In this document: positions 58,056-64,000 of the stretch, one piece after another
Layout: the number at the start of each line of letters is the position of its first letter
Numbering within the stretch: position 1 is the first letter of the stretch
NCBI RefSeq assembly: GCF_009914755.1
Contig: NC_060931.1
DNA: 64,000 bases
Source of the DNA: the human T2T-CHM13v2.0 reference genome, Homo sapiens
Direction: 5' to 3' (one strand)
The notes under the pieces: generated by a model
The model's database searches: none
Told to the model about the DNA's origin: nothing
What the model saw: only the letters and a program-made list of their open reading frames with translations
Program-made: the position numbers and the translations under genes

Positions 58056-58154
58056 AAGAAAACACTTTCAGTTGGGGGTCTGCTCAGATATGGTCTAAAT
58101 GGCAGGTGAAATTGAGACAATTACTTGGATAAATCAAATCACATCCTCCTACGC

Positions 58155-58295
58155 AATTCATTCGAATATATTCAGTCATTAAACAAATATTTTTTAAAGA
58201 ACCTATTACAGACTCAATATTATGCTGAGTGCTGAAAAGAAAATGGTGAGCAAAATCAAATAAAGTCCTTGCCCTCATGGGTAACAGCCTAATGG
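58155..58295 (-). mobile_element. L2 3' fragment
   Basis: ttcattcg...attcagtcattaaacaaatattt...aaagtccttgccctcatgg. Confidence 0.6.
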
Positions 58296-58429
58296 TGATG
58301 ATAGCCAACATTTATTCACTGCCTATTACGTGCATGAAACACTTTTCATGACTCCTGTCATCTAACTTTCAGCAAAATAAATATGAGTTATTAGTACAAA
58401 AAAACACACCATACAGAGACAAAAGAAGT

Positions 58430-58456
58430 TGTGTGTGTGTGTGTGTGTGTGTGTGT
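58430..58456. repeat. (TG)n microsatellite
   Basis: About 13 uninterrupted TG units. Confidence 0.95.
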
Positions 58457-60614
58457 TTGTATTTATTTTAAATAATCAACCCTTTTCCTGCTTTTCCCCA
58501 GAATATATGAACTCAAGTCTTCTCTAGTTCGAGAACAGGGCTGGGGGTGATGGCAGGGGGTTGCTTTACATTGCTTTGTATTGGAATTTGTATTGTCCAG
58601 GGGAAACTCATTACCACCTATAGATACATAGCCACTTGCCCATGTTTTCTCAGCTATTTAGCAGACACAGGATTTGAACCCAAGATTTCACATTCAGGAG
58701 CTTATGCTCTTTCTTACTCCACTGGCCCACCTGTGTACCCCTACACTCTTCTGCCCCTAAGGTAGATAAATAGAGAAAAAGAACAAGAGGGGTGATATGG
58801 CAAAAGTATCTCAATAGTTGCATCAATTCTCCTTTGCTTTGTGAATTCTGGATGAAACAAAGGACAACTATAATAATTCTTGCTTGCTCTTCTCTTTAAA
58901 CATGTAGTAGTCCTATTTGAGAATAAGTGATAATGACAACTTTTTAGAAAAAAATCTACATGACCCATCATTAAATGGGAAACCATTTTTTTCAGAAAAA
59001 AAAAATTGTTATAATGGAGATTACAATAAGATGCCTACAGAAGATTCCCATTGTTCTATAGTCTAACTTAAATCACAAATACGCATTTATATTATTATAT
59101 CATTAATATTAGCTCATTGAATAGGCATTTATTGAGAATGGACTATAAGAAGAGCTATATGTTAAGAGACATATTCATTCAGACAGACATTGCTTATTGT
59201 CCACAACAACGATGACTTTTAAAAGTAAGAAGAGGAAGTAAAGTAAAGGGGCAGGAGTGAGTAGAGGGAGGAGTCTAAGGTGACAACCAGCTTTCTGACT
59301 TAAGCTGCTATGCATCCTGAGGCCACTGGAAGAAAATCTGGTTTGAGATTTATTGGAGGTTTTTTCTTTTCTTTTCTTTTTTTGCCTTTTTGAGTTTTAT
59401 TTTCTTTTCCACTTTGAGGGTGTTTTGTTTTGTTTCCATCGGATGCTCTAGAAGAGGCAGAGTGCTCATTGGAGGTTGACAGTGTCATAACCCTTGTCTG
59501 ATTATCTCGATTTTATGAGCCCAATTAAGGATGATAAAATATGTGTTTTAGAGATTTCTGCCATCCTTACAGCCCCTTACCATCCCTAAGGATACTTCTC
59601 CTGACTATTAATCACATTTTAATTTTTTTCTCTTTTCAGTACAATTATGTGAGTTTGTGTTATTGCATGGCCATGCCTCAGTGGTCTACCCTTCCTTCAC
59701 ACCACTTTTCTATAGGGAAACCAAAGGTGCATTTATACCATAATTTAGTTGAATTCAGCAGTAGTTACAAATGATGTTATTAAAATCTATTGGGAAAAAT
59801 GATTCATCTTGATTCATTCAAAATGATTCATTCAAAAACAGAGGACAAAGGAATGTGGGGAAGTTAAATGATATATCATTGAATAAAGGCACTTCAGAAA
59901 GCTCTCTGTCTTCATAACTGCTACAAGTGTCCTTTATAACTTCATTTTACCCAAATGTTTTCCAAAACATCTGTCTAAACTTTTCAACTAAGTTTAGTTG
60001 TTATTCTTGCTTCTTGTAATTTCAGAGAGACCTGTGTGGTTCGATGCATTCTCTGACGTTATTCTGAGAAGAAACAATTAAATGCATACTGGAAGACATT
60101 TTGCTCTTCTACATGTTGGAAATTCGGTGTCACCAATGCACAGCTGCAGAATGCACAGTTCTATTGTTTTCTTTCTCATCACAGATCTGACCCCTCACCA
60201 TCTTCCCCCGCCCTTGAGCCTGATCCTTTTCTGACTTTGAGCCTGGCACCTTGCTGGTGCCGGCAGGCATCATGAAGGCATGGGCTGGGAGCCAGACTCA
60301 GCCTTGCAAAGGAGGCTCAGGGAAGCCGACTGACATGGGCTCAATAATTAGTTCAATGCCGGACACAATGCTCAATGAGGAGCTGCTGGGTTAATGGATG
60401 TGTGTGCTAGCTAGCTGTAGTAAACAATTCAAGTTGATAACATGGGGCTGATTGTCTGAACAGTACAAAAGAAAATGGAGGACTGACCAGCTCTTTGGTC
60501 CTCCAAGGTCAATACAACATTTAAAGCCTTCTTATAGAGATATACAAGTTTTGTTCATTTTTAATATTCATGTCAATAATTTAAGCAATGTGAAAACTTA
60601 AACATTCTCAAGCA

Positions 60615-60840
60615 TTTATTTATTTTTTTTGGTAGAGACCAGGTCTCACTCTGCGTCCCAGCCTGTAGGGCAGTGGCATGATCCTAGCTCACTATAACCT
60701 TGAACTCCTGGGCTCAAACAATCCCTGCTGTCTCAGCCTCCTGAACAGCTTGGACTATAGGTGCACGACACCATGCCCGGCTAATTTTTTTATTTTTATT
60801 ATTGTAGAGATAGGGTCTTGTTATGTTTCCCAGGCTTGTC
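60615..60840 (-). mobile_element. Alu (AluJ-like, 5'-truncated)
   Basis: gagaccaggtctcactctg...gaactcctgggctcaaacaatcc...tgtagagatagggtcttgttatgtttcccaggct. Confidence 0.85.
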
Positions 60841-62573
60841 ATTTTATGTATTGTCTTGAATAATAAAAGAAACTTGGACAGAGAATAGCAGGTAGCAAAT
60901 TTTCAGATGTAGATTTAGGATAATACAAAATTTTATAATGTGAAGTACCTCAGTACCAAAATCTTAGCTATTTATAATATGATAGCCCTTGATGTAGAGC
61001 TAACTTAAATTCAACATTTCCATGACTAAATAATTTGTGGGCTCTAAAATATTCTCAAAATTCCTAGAGTTAGCATTTCTTAATTGATTTCTTTAGCCTT
61101 TTTCACATTCAACTATATTATAAATACAAAATGAATCCATTAACATATTTTATAATGTGTCTTTCAGTGTGCTTCTTAGATTTAGTTTGATTTCAGAAAG
61201 CTAAGAAAGAAAAAGGAATTTTGCAAGCCACACTCAATCATATCTGCATAGGCATAGCTATATAGACACCCATAAAATTATGCATAACCCCCAGGTTTTC
61301 AAATGAACACCTCCCACAGTCTCAGCAACACAGGGCAACCTCCACCCTCTGGCATATTCATGTGTCCATTTCACTGTGAAATTCTTATCTTCATCACTGC
61401 TCCTCAGGGGGCCTCTACAACTCTGCAATGTTATTGTTCTGAGAGAAAATGGTTATTTTGTAAAATTTTCCTTCAAAAAACCTATTTAATAGAATCACAA
61501 GTTTATTCTCTTCAGCAGCAAGTTTGCTGAAGTACATTATTTGTCCAAAAATAGTTGAAGGCCACATTGATTGAGGAAGGGATGAATACTCATACTAATG
61601 AGCTTTCTGTCCCGTTGTTGTGGAAATTTTCTGTGAATTTGCTGGGATTTTCTGCTGGGTCATGCAGAACCTCCTTGGAATGTTATAGCCTGGGAAATGT
61701 AATTACCCCATGACGTTTCATTTTTCTCACAATTTCTGGTGTCAGAGGATGGAACAATCAAGTCCTCACTCTGAAAGGACTCTCTCACATGCCCATCAGG
61801 GCAGAAGGGCTATCATTACAGAAATACAGCATTCTCCTCTGTTTTTCAAGCTGGTTTATCTCCATCCCACTACCCGAAAAGTGGAATTCAGAGTTCCCTT
61901 AGTTCTCTGCTTTTCTGTACATAGAACTACAACATCCAACCCAGCAAACACTCCCTTCCTATACAGATATTCTTTACCAGCAGTATTTTATGTGGAAAAC
62001 ATTAACAAGAGATTAGTGACAAAAGAAATTACTTTGGGGGAGTCCATTGATCTTTGCCTTCTAAAATTTATAAGCTGCTTTATATAATTGTCCATGATTG
62101 CCTTCTTTACCCTCATCATCAACTTCCACATATGAAAAAGTAACAAGAATGGGGACTGAGAAGAAATAGTAAGATGGTTCAGACTGAACGAAGCCATTCA
62201 GTTTTTATACGTGTGTGTGATTATTTCACTATAAACTCTGCTTCCATGACTAAAATCATCACAATTACCAAGCAACGGCTTTATCCCAGAGTTACTTTAG
62301 AACAAAAAAGAAGGCATTTGTCATGCAGTGGCATATCTCGGGGACAGCTCACCCCTGTGAACCATGTCTGCCCTTTCTTCCTCCTTCTTTTAATTAACAT
62401 TTGGAAAAGAACAGTGATGTTAGCAGATAGCAGAGCTGGGAAGGGAGACTCAGAAAGTGATGTGAGCTTTGTCAATCTTCAACCTTGCCAAGGAGGACAC
62501 ATTAAAGTGTTTTTCATGGAAAATCAGGCTTTGTCAACACAAATTCAAAGCAATGTGACCTTGACGGATGGAG

Positions 62574-62598
62574 ATATATATATATATATATATATATG
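62574..62598. repeat. (AT)n microsatellite about 135 bp from the exon donor
   Basis: gatatatatatatatatatatatatatg. Confidence 0.95.
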
Positions 62599-62732
62599 CA
62601 TGCTAAGTAAGAATAGCACAGACTGAAGCATCTTTAGAGAATATAAGTGAACCAAATAAAAGGAGGAAAAGCATCCTAAAAGAAGATGTTAAATCCAGGA
62701 AAAAGTTGTCAAGTGTATTTCCTTCTACTTAC

Positions 62733-63668
62733 CTTTTCTGCTGACTGGGCTGTACCAAAAAAGATGGGGATGAAAGCTAACCAAATGATGCAGGTGGTAT
62801 ACATGGTAAATCCAATAGGTTTGGCTTCATTGAAAGTCTCTGGGACACCTCTCGTTTTAATGGCATAAACAGTACAAGTGACCATCAAGAGGATACTGTA
62901 TCCAAGTGAACAAATGAGTGAGAGATCAGAAATGTCACACTTGAGCACTCCCCTGGCCTTCTCTGGATCTAGTGTCCGCTGCTCTCCATAGTCAATGATG
63001 ATGTGGGGGGGATCCACAACAAACCAGACAAACACTCCAAGGAGCTGGACGGAGATGAGGCTGAAGGTGATCACCAGCTGAGATGCTGGACTAATGAACT
63101 TGGGCGCTGTGACAGATTTCTTCCCCTGCTCAAATATTCGGTGGATACGGTTTGTTTTGGTCAGAAGGGCTGCATAGCTGAAACACATGCCAAGTCCTAG
63201 GAAGACCCGTCGGAAGGAGCATATGATTGTATCTGGTGCTGCAATCATTAAAAACGTGATTGAATAACAGAGAAAAATCCCCGTTAGGAGCACGTAACTA
63301 AGTTCGCGTCCTGAAGCCCTCACGATAGGTGTGTCATTATAGCGGACAAAGGTCACGATCACAAAGGTGGTGGCGATGATTCCCAATATTGCAACAAACA
63401 CAGGCACCACAGCCCAGGGAGAATGCCACTCCAATTTGATGATGGGGATAAGCTGGCAGCCTGTGCGGTTCATGTTGGGTCTCTGATCCAGAGGGCAAAG
63501 TTCACAGGACAGCTCATCCACCTGGTAGTTGTAACCTTCACAGCGTTCACAGTGCCAGCAGCAAGGGACCCCTTTCACCGTTTTCTTCCTCTCCCCTGGC
63601 TTACACGGCAGGCTGCAGACAGACGCCGGGTGAGTATGTTCTCTATGAGCCCACTGCATGTCTTCCAC
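62733..63668 (-). CDS. GRM8: Internal coding exon of metabotropic glutamate receptor 8 (cysteine-rich domain + TM1-TM6), 936 bp / 312 codons, phase 0-0
   Basis: Translation [43 protein letters not shown]...KTNRIHRIF...[38 protein letters not shown] shows the class C GPCR cysteine-rich domain and 7TM motifs and matches group III mGlu8 as I recall it. Minus-strand acceptor ...ttatacccacag|GTG at 63669/63668 and donor AAG|gtaagt at 62733/62732. Confidence 0.97.
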
Positions 63669-64000
63669 CTGTGGGTATAAAAAATTAATGAGCCTTCCAT
63701 TTTTCCCCCATTTATAATATCCTAATCCTAGCCACGGGTTTGTAATGAATCACAGAATGCTGACAGTACAAATACAGTTTACCATAATAAGAGTCTCGTT
63801 TTTTTTCCCCTGATATTGACTTTATGAAAGTGTTAAGTGACTGGATCCAATATATCATTCACCTCATCAACTTGATGAGTGTCATTAGTTTCCATTTACC
63901 TCCTCATTGCTGACCAATGTGACATCTGGAGAGAGATTTATTGGTCAAAACAGTTTTAAAACTAAAAAAAATAAAATACAAAAAAATAATAAGAAGCCCC
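63669..64000 (-). other. GRM8: 3' end of the upstream GRM8 intron with splice acceptor
   Basis: Minus strand reads ...ggctcattaattttttatacccacag immediately before the exon. Confidence 0.9.

Noticed and set aside
62709-63668. 319-aa ORF as a standalone gene starting with 'M' and ending VSRRKYT
   Set aside because: The start is a GTG (Val) right after a splice acceptor, and the last 7 residues are read-through past a perfect GTAAGT donor. It is an internal exon, and the sequence gives no evidence for intron retention.
61710-63680. Plus-strand ORFs 61710, 62174, 62686, 63003 and 63423 as an antisense gene
   Set aside because: No recognisable domains. One runs through an (AT)n repeat and others are shadows of the GRM8 exon; their lengths are compatible with chance.

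Overview
Primate (very likely human) genomic DNA lying inside the GRM8 gene (metabotropic glutamate receptor 8), which is transcribed on the minus strand. The only protein-coding sequence is one 936-bp, phase 0/0 exon (62733-63668) encoding the cysteine-rich domain and TM1-TM6. Everything else is intron: about 62.7 kb of the downstream intron, whose next exon is not in the window, and about 330 bp of the upstream intron. The intron is AT-rich and full of transposon remnants: a young L1PA inserted into a THE1 element, older L1MA/MB/MC/ME pieces, Alus with visible TSDs, MaLR/ERV LTRs, Charlie1a, MER53, MIR, L2 and L3. I do not see a clearly new biological system. The most unusual items are local copy-paste scars: a ~300-bp triplication with a fourth copy pasted into Charlie1a, a near-perfect 113-bp tandem duplication with a templated junction, and a dense cluster at 49.4-50.1 kb. 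Also notable are a 40-nt tailless 5S rRNA retrocopy, a DUX4-type motif in an antisense THE1 LTR, an L1-in-L1 inverted repeat, and the symmetric stop-free exon, which would allow an in-frame single-TM skip isoform or a stop-less circRNA ORF. Repeat subfamily names come from recalled consensus sequences and need RepeatMasker/Dfam confirmation.
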